Below are positions 44,414-53,293 of a stretch of 64,000 nucleotides of DNA, piece by piece (the first letter of the stretch is position 1; every line of letters starts with the position of its first letter). This DNA is from Terriglobales bacterium. GTDB taxonomy: Bacteria; Acidobacteriota; Terriglobia; Terriglobales; Acidobacteriaceae. A program made the position numbers and the translations under genes. The DNA is taken from assembly GCA_036271275.1 (NCBI GenBank), contig DATBAX010000355.1:5840-69839 (forward strand), given 5' to 3'. The notes beneath the pieces are model-generated. The model was given only the letters and a program-made list of their open reading frames with translations, ran no database searches and was not told the DNA's origin.

Positions 44414-45429
44414 ACCGGGAATTTGTTTTTGTGCCGGCGCGTTTCTCCGCTCAGGCCATGCCGCTCAATCCGGGACACCATAGCGTATTGCACCCCGCGG
44501 CTTCGCAAGCTGGCAACATCGAATGGTTGTATTGGGTGATCTTTTGGATTCTCTTCGCCGTTTTCGTTCTCATGGTTGCAGCGTTCGCGAGGGCTGGCGC
44601 AAAAAGCCGTGTTCTTGATGACGCTCCTCTTCCCATCATCGAAGATGACGACGGTGATCGTCGAGCCGGATGGGCGGTTGGTTCCGCTCTCGCCATCACC
44701 GTCTTAACCCTGTTCGTAGTTCTCGTGCTCAGCGTAATCACCGGCAAGCGTGTTGAAGGACTGACCTCCAAGAATCCGATCACGATCCAAATCACAGGCC
44801 ACCAGTGGTGGTGGGAAATCAGTTATCCAAATTCACAAGCGGACCAAACGGTTACGACCGCCAACGAAATTCACGTTCCGGTGGGTACGCCGGTGGTTGT
44901 GTTTACGAATTCCGCAGATGTGATCCACAGTTTTTGGGCGCCGAGCATTACCGGGAAGCGCGACTTGCTGCCGGGATATTCGTCTGCTTTCTCGTTCCAG
45001 GTAGATCGTGAAGGAACTTATCGGGGACAGTGCGCTGAATTTTGCGGACTTCAACATGCCCACATGGGATTTTCCATCATTGCCGAACCCGTCGACAAAT
45101 TTCAGTCGTGGCGGCAGCAACAACTGAAGCCGGCCATTGAGCCGGCGGCTTCCGAATCCAGTCGCGGACGCGAGGTGTTTCTCACCCACGCCTGCGTGAT
45201 GTGCCATACCATTCGCGGCACGGATGCGGGCTCGCGGGTAGGTCCTGATCTGACTCACATCGCGAGTCGAAACATGATCGCCGCCGAGACTCTTCCCAAT
45301 ACCGCAGGCGCGCTCGCCGGATGGGTTGTCGATCCGCAGCGCATCAAGCCAGGCACTCAGATGTCGCCGAATCCGTTGGCTCCGGATGAACTCCAGGCGC
45401 TGGTCGTCTATTTGCAAAGTCTTCAATAA
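44410..45429 (+). CDS. ctaC: cytochrome c oxidase subunit II with C-terminal cytochrome c domain
   Basis: CuA site HSFW...CAEFCGLQHAHM and C-terminal heme motif CVMCH. The GTG start overlaps the previous stop. Confidence 0.9.
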   Translation: MNREFVFVPARFSAQAMPLNPGHHSVLHPAASQAGNIEWLYWVIFWILFAVFVLMVAAFARAGAKSRVLDDAPLPIIEDDDGDRRAGWAVGSALAITVLTLFVVLVLSVITGKRVEGLTSKNPITIQITGHQWWWEISYPNSQADQTVTTANEIHVPVGTPVVVFTNSADVIHSFWAPSITGKRDLLPGYSSAFSFQVDREGTYRGQCAEFCGLQHAHMGFSIIAEPVDKFQSWRQQQLKPAIEPAASESSRGREVFLTHACVMCHTIRGTDAGSRVGPDLTHIASRNMIAAETLPNTAGALAGWVVDPQRIKPGTQMSPNPLAPDELQALVVYLQSLQ

Positions 45430-45441
45430 GGAGAAAAGATT

Positions 45442-47379
45442 TTGGCGGTCGCAGAACCCATCGTCGCGAATGATCAGGATGCCGGGCAATCGGGACTCGC
45501 CCGGCGTCTCGCTCATACCTGGCGTCAACCGAAAGGCTTTTTGGGATGGTTTTGCAACACTCACCACACTGACATCGGGATTCGTTTCATGGTGACCGCT
45601 TTCATCTTCTTATTGTTAGGCGGCGTGCTGGCGGCAATGATTCGGCTGCAGCTTATTCGGCCGGAGAATTCTTTGATGGGTCCGGATCTCTATAACCAGG
45701 TATTCACCATGCACGGTAGCACGATGATTTTCCTGTTTGCCGTCCCCATGATGTTCCAGGGATTCGGCGTGTATATCGTTCCACTTATGTGCGGTGCCCG
45801 CAATATCGCATTCCCTCGATTGAACGCCTTCAGCTATTACCTCTACGTGGGCGGAGCTTTGGTTCTCTGGGGCGGGTTCCTGACAAACACCGGTCCTGAT
45901 GTCGGTTGGTTCGCCTACGTTCCTCTTTCCGGACCTGCATATTCACCCGGACATCGCGCAGATATCTGGTCGCAAATGATCACCTTCACTGAAGTATCAG
46001 CGCTCGGCGTGGCCATATGCATCGCTACAACCATCCTACGGCATCGCGCCCCAGGAATGACTCTCAACCGCATGCCCATCCTCCTGTGGGAAAAGTTGGT
46101 GATATCGATCGCGGTCATATTTGCGATGCCGGCGGTCATGATTGCCAGTGGCCTGTTGCTGCTGGATCGTTTGGTTGGCACACATTTCTTCAATCCCGCG
46201 GAGGGCGGAGACGTTCTGCTTTATCAGCATTTATTTTGGTTCTTTGGGCACCCCGAGGTTTACATCATTTTCCTTCCCGGCGCGGCCATCATCTCGACGC
46301 TGGTGGAGTGCTTTTCGCGCCGCCGTATTTTCGGATATACGCCGATTGTTGTCTCCGTCGTAGCTACTGGTTTTATTGGCTTCAGTGTGTGGGTGCATCA
46401 CATGTTCGCCACCGGACTACCGCAACTGAGCGAGAGTTTTTTTACGGCCGCGAGTCTGATGATCGTGATTCCCACTGGTACGCAGTTCTTCTGCTGGGTG
46501 GCCACGATCTGGTACGGACGGCTTCAACTTCGGTTGCCCATGCTGTGGTGCTTCGGATTTTTTTTCGTTTTCTTGATCGGCGGGCTGTCGGGAGTGATGC
46601 TGGCTTCCGTCCCAGTGGATTTGCAGGTGCATGACACTTATTTTGTGGTGGCACACTTCCACTATGTGCTCATTGGCGGCGCTCTGTTTCCCATGTTCGC
46701 CGGCATTTATTTCTGGTTTCCGAAAATGACGGGGCGGATGGCAAGCGCCAAGCTGGGAGCTTGGCATTTCTGGCTCTTCTTCTTCGGCTTCAACATCACT
46801 TTTTTCACTCTTCATTTTCTGGGACTTCGCGGCATGCCCCGTCGCATCTACACCTACGGACCGGACATGCATTGGCAAGGGCTGAATATATTGGCATCGA
46901 CCGGTGTGATTTTCATGACGGCTGGACTCCTGGTATTCCTCGCGAATGTTTACCGCAGCATGCACACGGGAGAAATTGCGGGCAATAATCCTTGGGAAGA
47001 TGCTGGATTGGAATGGTCGGTGTCGTCTCCGCCTCCTCCCTATAATTTTCTTCATGTTCCTACAGTGAGTGGGCGCGATCCCCTATGGGAGGACCCACCT
47101 GACCAACCGGTTGTCGTTGGGTTGCGCGACGACATTCGCGAAACTCTGGTCACTCACAGCCTGGACGCGGACCCACAGCATAAAGACGAAGATCCCGGTC
47201 CGAGCATCTGGCCGTTCTTGGCCGCAGTTACAGTCTCCGCTGCATTCGTGGGATCGATCTTCACTGCCTGGGCCATTCCCATTGGAGCGCCGCCTGTGAT
47301 TGCCACTCTGATCGGGTGGCTTTGGCCACGCGGGCAATCGCCTACGCCTCTTCCCAATGAGGTGCCATGGATTCACTGA
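45442..47379 (+). CDS. ctaD: cytochrome c oxidase subunit I (with ~100-aa C-terminal 2-TM extension)
   Basis: Contains WFFGHPEVYI and HHMF. TTG start 8 nt after AAGGAG. 645 aa. Confidence 0.9.
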   Translation: MAVAEPIVANDQDAGQSGLARRLAHTWRQPKGFLGWFCNTHHTDIGIRFMVTAFIFLLLGGVLAAMIRLQLIRPENSLMGPDLYNQVFTMHGSTMIFLFAVPMMFQGFGVYIVPLMCGARNIAFPRLNAFSYYLYVGGALVLWGGFLTNTGPDVGWFAYVPLSGPAYSPGHRADIWSQMITFTEVSALGVAICIATTILRHRAPGMTLNRMPILLWEKLVISIAVIFAMPAVMIASGLLLLDRLVGTHFFNPAEGGDVLLYQHLFWFFGHPEVYIIFLPGAAIISTLVECFSRRRIFGYTPIVVSVVATGFIGFSVWVHHMFATGLPQLSESFFTAASLMIVIPTGTQFFCWVATIWYGRLQLRLPMLWCFGFFFVFLIGGLSGVMLASVPVDLQVHDTYFVVAHFHYVLIGGALFPMFAGIYFWFPKMTGRMASAKLGAWHFWLFFFGFNITFFTLHFLGLRGMPRRIYTYGPDMHWQGLNILASTGVIFMTAGLLVFLANVYRSMHTGEIAGNNPWEDAGLEWSVSSPPPPYNFLHVPTVSGRDPLWEDPPDQPVVVGLRDDIRETLVTHSLDADPQHKDEDPGPSIWPFLAAVTVSAAFVGSIFTAWAIPIGAPPVIATLIGWLWPRGQSPTPLPNEVPWIH

Positions 47380-47990
47380 TTGAACCAATTCGAAGGCCGC
47401 GTGCCCTGGACGTTTCCGGCCTGCCGAGCGTGGCGTTTGGTCATCGCAACACGACCTGGCTTGCCAACGTTTTCTACATGGCCATCGAAGGCATGATGTT
47501 TGCCCTCATGTTCGCGACATATTTTTATCTGCGAACTCGCTCCACGAACTGGCCGCCTGGACATTTGCCGCCCGCATTCACATTCGGTGCGGTCAACGCC
47601 GTAGTCCTTGTATTGAGCATCGTCCCGGCGTGGTGGATCAGGAAACGCGCTCCAGACGCGAATCGCCGCGCGGTTAGAAATGGGTTGCTCATACTCTCCT
47701 TCTTTGCACTGGCGGCCACGGCGCTCCGCGTCTTCGAGTTCACCGCCTTAAATTGTCGATGGACGGATGACGCTTATTCTTCCACCGTGTGGGTTCTTAT
47801 CGGGATGCATTCGGGACATCTGGCTACGGAATTGGTCGAAACGTTGGTCCTGCTGGCCATCTCCTTTACTTCGAAGATGGAAGGAACGCGGCTCGCAGAC
47901 GCCGCCATCAATTCCGATTATTGGTATTTCGTTGTCGTCACAGGTTTGATTGTTGATTCGCTGATTTACGGAACCACTCGGTTTCTATGA
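47367..47990 (+). CDS. ctaE: heme-copper oxidase subunit III family protein
   Basis: 207 aa with 5 TM helices, in the position after subunit I. Contains WVLIGMHSGHL. Confidence 0.75.
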   Translation: MDSLIEPIRRPRALDVSGLPSVAFGHRNTTWLANVFYMAIEGMMFALMFATYFYLRTRSTNWPPGHLPPAFTFGAVNAVVLVLSIVPAWWIRKRAPDANRRAVRNGLLILSFFALAATALRVFEFTALNCRWTDDAYSSTVWVLIGMHSGHLATELVETLVLLAISFTSKMEGTRLADAAINSDYWYFVVVTGLIVDSLIYGTTRFL

Positions 47991-48370
47991 GAACTGTTAT
48001 GGCAAGTTCTGAAAAAACTATCCAAGCCGGACGGACACCATGGGGGCTCTGGTGGAGTTTAGCTGCAGGCTTTGTCGCGTGGGGTTTCGATCTTGGATTG
48101 AGCTACATGCTCGAAAAGCACCGTTGCTCGACGGGTCACCATTATGTGTTGCATGGCATCAGCATTGCCTGTTTCGTCGCCGCCTTGAGTGGATTCGCAA
48201 CCGGTCTTGTTGAATTCAGACGTTTTTCCGGCACCACATCGGAAGAAGGCGGAAGCCGTTTCGATCGCGCTCATTTTCAGGCGCTTCTAGGAATGGCATT
48301 CAGTCTTTCTTTTGCTCTCATAGTGATTGCCGGCTCGGTGCCGCGCTGGATTCTTAATCCCTGTGAATGA
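47987..48370 (+). CDS. small membrane protein (possible oxidase subunit IV-like)
   Basis: 127 aa with 3-4 TM helices. 4-nt overlap with ctaE. No family recognised. Confidence 0.55.
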   Translation: MRTVMASSEKTIQAGRTPWGLWWSLAAGFVAWGFDLGLSYMLEKHRCSTGHHYVLHGISIACFVAALSGFATGLVEFRRFSGTTSEEGGSRFDRAHFQALLGMAFSLSFALIVIAGSVPRWILNPCE

Positions 48371-48371
48371 A

Positions 48372-49307
48372 ATGGAATGGATGAATTCTCAATTTGCAGT
48401 GCTGTCCTCGATTGGGACCTTCACGGCCACGTCATCTCTAACAGAAGGTGGCGCAGCATCTGCGATCAATTGGACATGGCCGCCATTGGTCGTAATTGCG
48501 TTGTTAATGACAGCGCTCTTTTACGGCCTTGGCGTAAGAAAAATGTTACGAAGATCCGGCGCTTCGAATTTGTTGGTGTTGCCAATACTCTGGTTCACTC
48601 TCGGCTGGATCTCCCTGGTGATCGCGCTCGACTCTCCACTCCACGAACTCGGCGAGCAGCTCTTTTGGGTGCACATGACGCAGCATGAAATTCTCATGCT
48701 GGTGTCGGCTCCTTTGCTGGTGCTAGGCCGGCCTCTTATTCCTTTTCTTTGGGCATTGTCTCCACCATGGCGTCAGCGCGTGACAAATCTTGGCCGTGCA
48801 AAACCCTTCAGAGCAATCTGGACTTCAATCTCGGTCCCAGTCTCGGCGTGGCTGCTATCGGCTGTGGCCTTGTGGGTTTGGCATGTTCCCTGGCTTTTTG
48901 ATCGAACGCTAAGCAACGACTGGATTCACGCTGCGCAACATACGACTTTCCTGGTGACGGCATTGATCTTTTGGTGGCCGGTAATGAACCGAATCCCTTC
49001 TTTCGGTTACGGCGGAAGCTTGATCTACATCTTTACGACGATTCTGCATACGAGCGTCCTGGGAGCATTGCTCACGTTCGCACCTCGGCCCTGGTATTCG
49101 TCTTATGTGATTACTGCTCCCACTTGGCATTTGAGCGCGCTCGAAGATCAACAGCTCGGTGGATTGATCATGTGGATTCCAGCCGGGACGCTCTTGCTGA
49201 TCGTTGCTCTCGCTTTGCTGGTTAAGTGGATGAACCAATCGCAAACTCGGTGGCAATACACACGCTTAGCGGAGTTAGCTCGCCCAATGGAGGGAGGCGC
49301 CGAATGA
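48372..49307 (+). CDS. ctaG: cytochrome c oxidase assembly factor CtaG (caa3 type)
   Basis: Start at the ATG 1 nt after the previous stop. Contains HMTQHEILMLVSAPLLVLGRP, HAAQHTTFL and ALEDQQLGGLIMW. Confidence 0.8.
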   Translation: MEWMNSQFAVLSSIGTFTATSSLTEGGAASAINWTWPPLVVIALLMTALFYGLGVRKMLRRSGASNLLVLPILWFTLGWISLVIALDSPLHELGEQLFWVHMTQHEILMLVSAPLLVLGRPLIPFLWALSPPWRQRVTNLGRAKPFRAIWTSISVPVSAWLLSAVALWVWHVPWLFDRTLSNDWIHAAQHTTFLVTALIFWWPVMNRIPSFGYGGSLIYIFTTILHTSVLGALLTFAPRPWYSSYVITAPTWHLSALEDQQLGGLIMWIPAGTLLLIVALALLVKWMNQSQTRWQYTRLAELARPMEGGAE

Positions 49308-49690
49308 GAACGATTTTGCTCTTACTTTTCGCTTTGTTCCTGTCGATGTTGAGCGCTTGCGAAGGCCCAAGTCACACCGAAGTGGTGCGGGCCGCAACCC
49401 TCACCGGCGGTGGAGATGCTCGCTCCGGACGAACTGAAATTCGCAAGTACGGGTGCAATACCTGTCACGAAATTTCCGGTGTTCCCGGAGCACAAGGCCT
49501 GATCGGACCGCGGCTCGACGGCATTGGCGGGCGCTACTACATTGCCGGGGAGCTGACGAATACTCCAAACAATCTCATGCTGTGGATTCAGCATCCGCGG
49601 CAAGTAGAATCCCATACGGCAATGCCAGAAATGGGAGTCACCGAGCAAGACAGCCGCGACATCGCGGCGTATTTGTACACCCTAAAATGA
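49304..49690 (+). CDS. c-type cytochrome, lipoprotein-anchored
   Basis: MRTILLLLFALFLSMLSAC has a lipobox, and CNTCH is the heme motif. The ATGA overlaps the ctaG stop. Confidence 0.8.
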   Translation: MRTILLLLFALFLSMLSACEGPSHTEVVRAATLTGGGDARSGRTEIRKYGCNTCHEISGVPGAQGLIGPRLDGIGGRYYIAGELTNTPNNLMLWIQHPRQVESHTAMPEMGVTEQDSRDIAAYLYTLK

Positions 49691-49708
49691 AACGAACAGG
49701 AGATTGCC

Positions 49709-50488
49709 ATGTTTATCGTATTCCCGCGAGCTGTCGCTGCTTTCATAATAGTTGTAGCTCTTTCGTCTCTTTCCTTAGCGCAGAATCCGCAGGATTGCTC
49801 GAAAGTCCCGGACTACAACAAACTTAAGGCGGCGCTAACCAGCGCGGTTAAAGAAGGAAAGGGGGCGAACGGCGGCCTTGGCAATCAGGAGTGGGGCGCC
49901 GTCGTGAATCGCGATGGCGTAGTTTGCGCCGTGGTGTTCACCGGTCCGAACCGAGGTGCGGAATGGCCCGGCAGCCGTCTCATCTCTGCGGAAAAAGCGA
50001 ATACGGCAAATGCCTTTAGCACTGACAATTTTTCGCTTTCCACCGGAAACGTATATGCCGCTGCTCAACCCGGCAATTCGCTCTACAGCATCGTGAGTGG
50101 CCCCGATCCAACTTTCGCCTTTGCTGGTGATCCGCAGAAATTCGGTCAGCCCGATGATCCTCTGGTGGGAAAGCCAATTGGAGGAGTGATTGTTTTTGGC
50201 GGAGGCCTTGCCTTGTACGACAAATCTGGAAAGATTGTTGGGGGGCTGGGAGTGAGCGGAGACACGTCGTGCGCCGACCATGTCGTTGCCTGGAGAACTC
50301 GGCACACACTAGGATTGAATGCCGTGCCGATGGGCGTGGCGCCCGGGCCCAGCGACAATCTCATTTTCGATATTCAAAATGGGGTCAGCAGCAGCGGTTT
50401 CGGCCATCCTGTTTGTAAGGGCGGCAATCCGAGTGAGGAAATCATCAAGAAACTTCCGCAGACTTATCCTGTAGGTCCTCATCGATGA
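49709..50488 (+). CDS. GlcG/HbpS-like (DUF336) heme-binding-type protein, secreted
   Basis: Signal peptide followed by WGAVVNRDGVVCAVVFTG..SRLISAEKANTANAFS .. GGLGVSGDTSCADH. Confidence 0.7.
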   Translation: MFIVFPRAVAAFIIVVALSSLSLAQNPQDCSKVPDYNKLKAALTSAVKEGKGANGGLGNQEWGAVVNRDGVVCAVVFTGPNRGAEWPGSRLISAEKANTANAFSTDNFSLSTGNVYAAAQPGNSLYSIVSGPDPTFAFAGDPQKFGQPDDPLVGKPIGGVIVFGGGLALYDKSGKIVGGLGVSGDTSCADHVVAWRTRHTLGLNAVPMGVAPGPSDNLIFDIQNGVSSSGFGHPVCKGGNPSEEIIKKLPQTYPVGPHR

Positions 50489-50521
50489 AACGCATTCAGA
50501 CCGCTTGAGAGAGCTTCAACA

Positions 50522-51148
50522 ATGCCGACGTCGCGCAAGCGTAAATGGTCCTCTATTGAGAAGAACGAAGATCTCCACGGCAACGCGCCCGACCAGGCAG
50601 AGGCAGTCCTTCTGCTAGTTGACGTCATTAACGATTTGAGCTTCCCACGCAACGACCAGCTTGTTCGTAAATCGGAGAGCCTCGGAAAGGCAATCGCACG
50701 CCTTAAGATACGATGTGAGCGCGCCGGCATTCCGGCAATCTATGTGAATGATAATCACGGCAAATGGCGATCGAACTTTGCTAGTGTTCTAAAACATTCC
50801 CTGCGCCCGGAGGCCCCCGGCGCGGCAATGGTGAAGCTTCTGGTGCCTAATGAAAATGATTACGTCATCCTAAAGCCAAAACATTCGGCTTTCTTCGGGA
50901 CGCCGCTTGAAACGATTCTGCAATACATAAAAGCTCGCACTGCCATTCTGACCGGCATCACAACAAACGCTTGCGTGATGCTAACCGCCGGAGAACTCTA
51001 CGTTCGAGATTTCCGGATCTTGGTTCCCCCAGACTGCGTGGCAGCGCTGACTGAGAAAGAACAGCGTCAGTCTCTTCAGATCATGAAGAGAAACTACGGT
51101 ATCCGTACAACCACGTCTTCGAAAATCCGGCTGTGCGACTTGAAATGA
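50522..51148 (+). CDS. isochorismatase-family cysteine hydrolase
   Basis: Contains AVLLLVDVINDL .. KPKHSAFFGT .. ILTGITTNACV (catalytic Cys). Confidence 0.85.
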   Translation: MPTSRKRKWSSIEKNEDLHGNAPDQAEAVLLLVDVINDLSFPRNDQLVRKSESLGKAIARLKIRCERAGIPAIYVNDNHGKWRSNFASVLKHSLRPEAPGAAMVKLLVPNENDYVILKPKHSAFFGTPLETILQYIKARTAILTGITTNACVMLTAGELYVRDFRILVPPDCVAALTEKEQRQSLQIMKRNYGIRTTTSSKIRLCDLK

Positions 51149-51163
51149 AATCCTAGGTCTTCC

Positions 51164-51973
51164 CTATGGCGTGGCGCGGGTGCCTTCGCCCGTTGCCCTT
51201 GAATTTGCTTTTGACTGTGTCTTTACAGACCGCATGATCGACCTCCCCGTTATCATGCCCCTCAGTTTCAAAGCATTCCGAGCGGCATAACCGGCCTGAT
51301 CGTTATCAAAATAGATATAGATAGCCGCCAGATCTTTCGCCCACGCCTCGATCTCTTGCTTCCAGCAACGAAGGCGGCCAGCGCTATAATTGGCTTGATA
51401 TTTCTCTACACCCGGCCCATGCAGACGCACATATGCAAAGTCGGCGGTGATCGTCAGAGGAGAACGGTAGCCGGCCAGTTCGTAAATGCAGAACGCAGCG
51501 TTGAATCTCGCAAGTAGTTTATTGATTTCCGGCTGAATCCAACTCAGGTCCCGGAATTCAACGGCAAATCGTAGATCGCGCGGTAGCGCCTCCAGTAAAG
51601 CTTCGAGACGACACGGGTTCACCCGCCACCTAGGGGGCAACTGGAAAAGGATTGGGCCCAATTTATTGGAAAGTCGTGATGCCCGCGGAAGTAACTTGTC
51701 TAAAGCGCTCTCTGGATCTTTAAGCTTTTTCTGATGGGTCAGGAAGCGGCTGGCTTTTACCGCGAAAACGAAGTTCGCCGGGACTGATTGTCGCCAATTA
51801 TCAAAGGCAGCTTCTGTGGGAAGGCGATAGAAGCTGTTGTTCAACTCGACTGTGTCGAAGCTTTGCGAGTAAAACTCCAGCATTTTATCCGCAGACATTT
51901 TATTTGGATAAAACGGTCCGCGCCAGTGTTTGTAGTGATATCCCGAGGTGCCGATGCGAATTTCACACGACAT
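51164..51973 (-). CDS. DUF72 (YecE-like) protein
   Basis: Contains IRIGTSGYHYKHWRGPFYP .. VELNNSFYRLP .. YIYFDND. Confidence 0.9.
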   Translation of the reverse strand: MSCEIRIGTSGYHYKHWRGPFYPNKMSADKMLEFYSQSFDTVELNNSFYRLPTEAAFDNWRQSVPANFVFAVKASRFLTHQKKLKDPESALDKLLPRASRLSNKLGPILFQLPPRWRVNPCRLEALLEALPRDLRFAVEFRDLSWIQPEINKLLARFNAAFCIYELAGYRSPLTITADFAYVRLHGPGVEKYQANYSAGRLRCWKQEIEAWAKDLAAIYIYFDNDQAGYAARNALKLRGMITGRSIMRSVKTQSKANSRATGEGTRATP

Positions 51974-51987
51974 GAGTAGTCGGTTTC

Positions 51988-52158
51988 TCAGCCTTTACCG
52001 CGGGCCATTCTTTTCTTCTTGGCTACAGACGCGGCTTGCTTGCCCAGGGGGGTTCGCACAGATTTCGGCAGGTGCGCGATCGTCCGTTTTTTCTTAGCGG
52101 CGGCCGCCGCCTTCTTGATATTTTTCTCTGCGGCGCTTCTTTGCTTCGTTGAGGCCAT
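51988..52158 (-). CDS. possible 56-aa Lys/Ala-rich basic protein
   Basis: Below the ORF-track cutoff. AAGGAG lies 7 nt upstream of the ATG. Translation is MASTKQRSAAEKNIKKAAAAAKKKRTIAHLPKSVRTPLGKQAASVAKKKRMARGKG. Confidence 0.45.
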   Translation of the reverse strand: MASTKQRSAAEKNIKKAAAAAKKKRTIAHLPKSVRTPLGKQAASVAKKKRMARGKG

Positions 52159-52186
52159 TTGTCCACTCCTTTAATTGCCAGCGAAC

Positions 52187-52423
52187 CTACGCCACCCTGT
52201 CGACCACGGCCGAAACTCCTGCCTGACGCTCGCAATTGGCGCAGCAATAAACCTGCCCGCCACCTTCGACTCCATGACCAATGATCCGGCAACGGCACTG
52301 TGAACACGCAGGCGCGAGCGCCTGGATGGCACATTCGAAACTGTCAAACACGTGCTTCCTGCCATTCGCTTCGACGCTGAAACTCTTGTCGTAATCATTC
52401 CCGCAAACTTCACACTGGGCCAT
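52187..52423 (-). CDS. small Cys-rich (10 Cys) protein, probable metal-binding
   Basis: Internal start MAQCEVCGNDYDKSFSVEANGRKHVFDSFECAIQALAPACSQCRCRIIGHGVEGGGQVYCCANCE within ORF 52187..52606. Confidence 0.6.
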   Translation of the reverse strand: MAQCEVCGNDYDKSFSVEANGRKHVFDSFECAIQALAPACSQCRCRIIGHGVEGGGQVYCCANCERQAGVSAVVDRVA

Positions 52424-52644
52424 AGAGCTTTGTCCTTCAAGACGTCCAGCAATATTGGTAATTGGATGGGAAACCGGCGTGCAGGTTTGTCTTCGCTCCG
52501 TGAAACGACGCTCCAGCCAACTTTTTCGCCAGACGACTTTACTTTTCCGAATTGATTGCCGGAATACGTTGGGGCCGACAACCGCTCCCATTCCATCGAC
52601 ATCCAAGGTTTAGTTCCAATCGAATTTTAGGTAAGGAGTTTTCC

Positions 52645-53238
52645 ATGTCCCGAATATCAAGAATCTCAGTAGCCGCAGTAGTTTTTGCCGCGCTAGCGAC
52701 CTGCGGTGTAGTCGCACAACAATCTAGTGATCCATCGAATTCATTGCCGACTGACAGCGCCACCGCCACAAAAGCGCCTGCCGGAACCGCTATGGCAGAT
52801 ACCAAATTCATGAAGGAAGCCGCCGAGGGCGGGATGGCCGAAGTAGCGCTGGGCCAACTCGCCGTGGAAAAGGCTTCGAGCAGTGACGTGAAGAAGTTTG
52901 GACAGCGCATGGTGGATGACCACGGAAAAGCCAACGACGACTTGAAGCAACTCGCTTCCCAGAAGAACGTCGATCTTCCGCAAGACTTGAACGCCAAAGA
53001 CAAGGCGACCAAGGCGTCTCTTGAAAAGCTCTCCGGCCAACAATTCGACCAGGCATATATGAAAGACATGCTAAAGGACCACAAGAAAGACATTGCCGAT
53101 TTCCGGCGGGAAAGCAGGTCTGCACGGGACCCGGATGTGAAGAAGTTTGCCAGTCAAACTTTGCCAACGTTAGAGGAGCATTTGAAACAGGCGGAGTCCA
53201 TCGCTCAGCCAGCTACCACACAAGCTTCGTCGCGTTAA
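52645..53238 (+). CDS. DUF4142 domain protein, secreted
   Basis: Start after AAGGAG, then a signal peptide. Contains DTKFMKEAAEGGMAEVALGQLA .. FGQRMVDDHGKANDDL .. QAYMKDMLKDHKKDI. Confidence 0.85.
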   Translation: MSRISRISVAAVVFAALATCGVVAQQSSDPSNSLPTDSATATKAPAGTAMADTKFMKEAAEGGMAEVALGQLAVEKASSSDVKKFGQRMVDDHGKANDDLKQLASQKNVDLPQDLNAKDKATKASLEKLSGQQFDQAYMKDMLKDHKKDIADFRRESRSARDPDVKKFASQTLPTLEEHLKQAESIAQPATTQASSR

Positions 53239-53252
53239 TTCAAACTTTAAGT

Positions 53253-53273
53253 GGGGCGGATCGCATCCGCCCC
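53253..53273. terminator. perfect 9-bp GC-rich stem-loop (GGGGCGGAT-CGC-ATCCGCCCC)
   Basis: Located 15 nt after the DUF4142 stop. The downstream U-tract is weak, so terminator function is uncertain. Confidence 0.45.
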
Positions 53274-53293
53274 AGAAAGTTCTCGTTCTGATT

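Noticed and set aside
41246-47388. Long opposite-strand or alternate-frame ORFs inside xoxF and the oxidase genes (for example 41246..41983, 42581..43207, 44833..45567, 46017..46634, 46417..47055, 47083..47388)
   Set aside because: All are embedded in genes with unambiguous family motifs. Their compositions are Arg/His/Pro-rich wrong-frame artefacts.
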